From positions 21,978,424-22,042,423 of the forward strand of contig NC_092395.1 in assembly GCF_030028105.1 (NCBI RefSeq): a DNA stretch of 64,000 bases, in the 5' to 3' direction. The notes below the pieces were generated by a model, which saw only the letters and a program-made list of their open reading frames with translations, had not been told where the DNA came from and ran no database searches. Origin of the DNA: Mobula birostris. Lineage: Eukaryota. Shown here piece by piece: positions 62,381-64,000 of this stretch (position 1 is the stretch's first letter; the number at the start of each line of letters is the position of its first letter). A program made the position numbers and the translations under genes.

Positions 62381-64000
62381 TTTTGCATCCTGGTCTGTCC
62401 TTCACATCACTTCAGGTGTGGAGTCTAAACTACCCTCTAAAAACCATTAGACATAGGAGTAGAATTAGGCCATTCAGCCCATCGGTTCAGTTCCACCATT
62501 CCATCATTCCATTAACTGGGAAGTCTCTCCGTCAAGGGCAGAAAGGCCTAGTTAGCAACATTCTTAGTATTAGTTACAGCTCTTCAAGACAAATGAGTTT
62601 AGCTTCGGGGTTTAGGGCCTGAATTCAATCTATACCACCAACAATTAACTTAGGTTTATAGAATAACTTTAAGGAGAGTGACCAGAACATGCAGGAAGGA
62701 TTGGAGCAGTTTGCTGTGCTTTTCATGAGGATAATTGTCTCACAGCTCTTACTGTAAGGTGATCCACTACAACTGAGGTCAACTCACTCTGAGCTGTGGC
62801 CAATAATTGATGACTTTGCTTCCTGAAGTAAGCAGTCCCTGTAATTTCCCTACCAGCGCTCCTTGAGTTAGTTCATCACCTACTACACAACCATAGAAAT
62901 TCTCCACTTAAGATCAAATTAAAAATTCATCAGTGTAACCAGACACAGTGTTAATATGCAGATCAAGCAACTAAATATTTGTGTGATAAATACTGTTCAT
63001 CAGTCACTGTTGCACTGTGTACAGGTATATCATGTATACATACATACAAGCACTCCCTTAATCATGGCAACAGCTTATATTTATCTAGCACCCTTATGAC
63101 GTTAAGCACTGCCAGGCATTAGCACCTTTGTGTATCTAAAACACATATTTTTATGGGAAAATTTGGGAAGTTTAAGATTAAGAGTGTGATCAGGAAAAAA
63201 ATTGTCACCGAAGCACAAAATGATATGCTAAGCTATTACCCAATAGTTGAACAAAAGAGATGTGATATAAAGATCATATAAGATTAATACAAGTCAGATT
63301 CACACTGATGTAACATCTAAGTATAAGATACTTATAATCTTTTGAAATTATATTCTATAATCCAATCTATAAGCAAAGATTAACTTGTAGAAACTATTGG
63401 GTATCTGGGTGGGAACTAAGGAGTGAAATCACATCAGCTGGATAGTTACATAGCTTGGTCCCATTTGAAGTTGTCAATGCAGTTTTTCATACTTCCTTAT
63501 GATAATACAAAGAAGCCATTTATTCATTGAGTTTTTGCCAGCTCACAGAGGAATCCCACGTTCACACCATTTTTTCCTAATCTCCTCATGTTCCCTCATC
63601 AACTCCCTCATATATCTACTGCATGTTGGGCTGGCAGCCAATGGACTATTCGCCAGTTCAGTTGTCCTCCCAGCCTCTTATCCTTCCTTGCAAAAGCAAA
63701 GAGAAAGAATTTCATTCAGGTTATCCAGCTTCCAGAGAGCAGAGAAAGGACCCTATTAGGTAAATCTTTGTGTCTGATGGTCTTGTATCCCCATTCTATC
63801 CAATTTGATCTCACATCAGCACCTACAACATAAGGCTGCCATTTTAAATTGGATGCATCATCAGCGGTTTGGTCATGTGACTTCCTAGCCTTGCCACCCC
63901 CATACTATTGGTTGGCTGACTTCTCGTTGTCATGGTTCAATGTTTTCCTTCATCCAATGGGAAAGCAAATGAACTTGCCACCATCCAACCGAGTGGAGCT

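Noticed and set aside
1-64000. CRISPR array, prokaryotic operon or nested protein-coding gene
   Set aside because: There is no repeat-spacer periodicity, the architecture is spliceosomal, and no second set of in-frame exons was recognised.

Overview
Eukaryotic, intron-dominated genomic DNA. The repeat content (V-SINE/HE1-like, Deu-SINE-like, CR1, Rex1/Babar and Penelope remnants) suggests a cartilaginous fish, probably a ray; this is an inference. The only supportable host coding sequence is three minus-strand exons of a CELF/Bruno-like RNA-binding protein gene, most like CELF5: 20733-20605, 19626-19547 and 8539-8393. They encode RRM2 and the start of the divergent domain, have canonical AG/GT ends and join in frame. 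The flanking exons lie outside the window, so the upstream intron is >43 kb. The rest is a dense, nested set of retroelements and DNA transposons with a few unique islands. Nearly all ORFs in the supplied track are spurious or TE debris. The most interesting unannotated signals are RNA-structural. (1) A ~600-bp TSD-flanked non-coding RTE-type retroelement at 29376-29980 carries an HDV-like ribozyme core, with 15 nt identical to the HDV genomic P3-L3-P3 segment. (2) A family of short TSD-flanked foldback inserts derived from Penelope termini carries minimal hammerhead-ribozyme cores, and one copy is physically linked to a GIY-YIG remnant. Repeat boundaries are approximate unless TIR/TSD coordinates are given. 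Family names come from recall, not from a database search.
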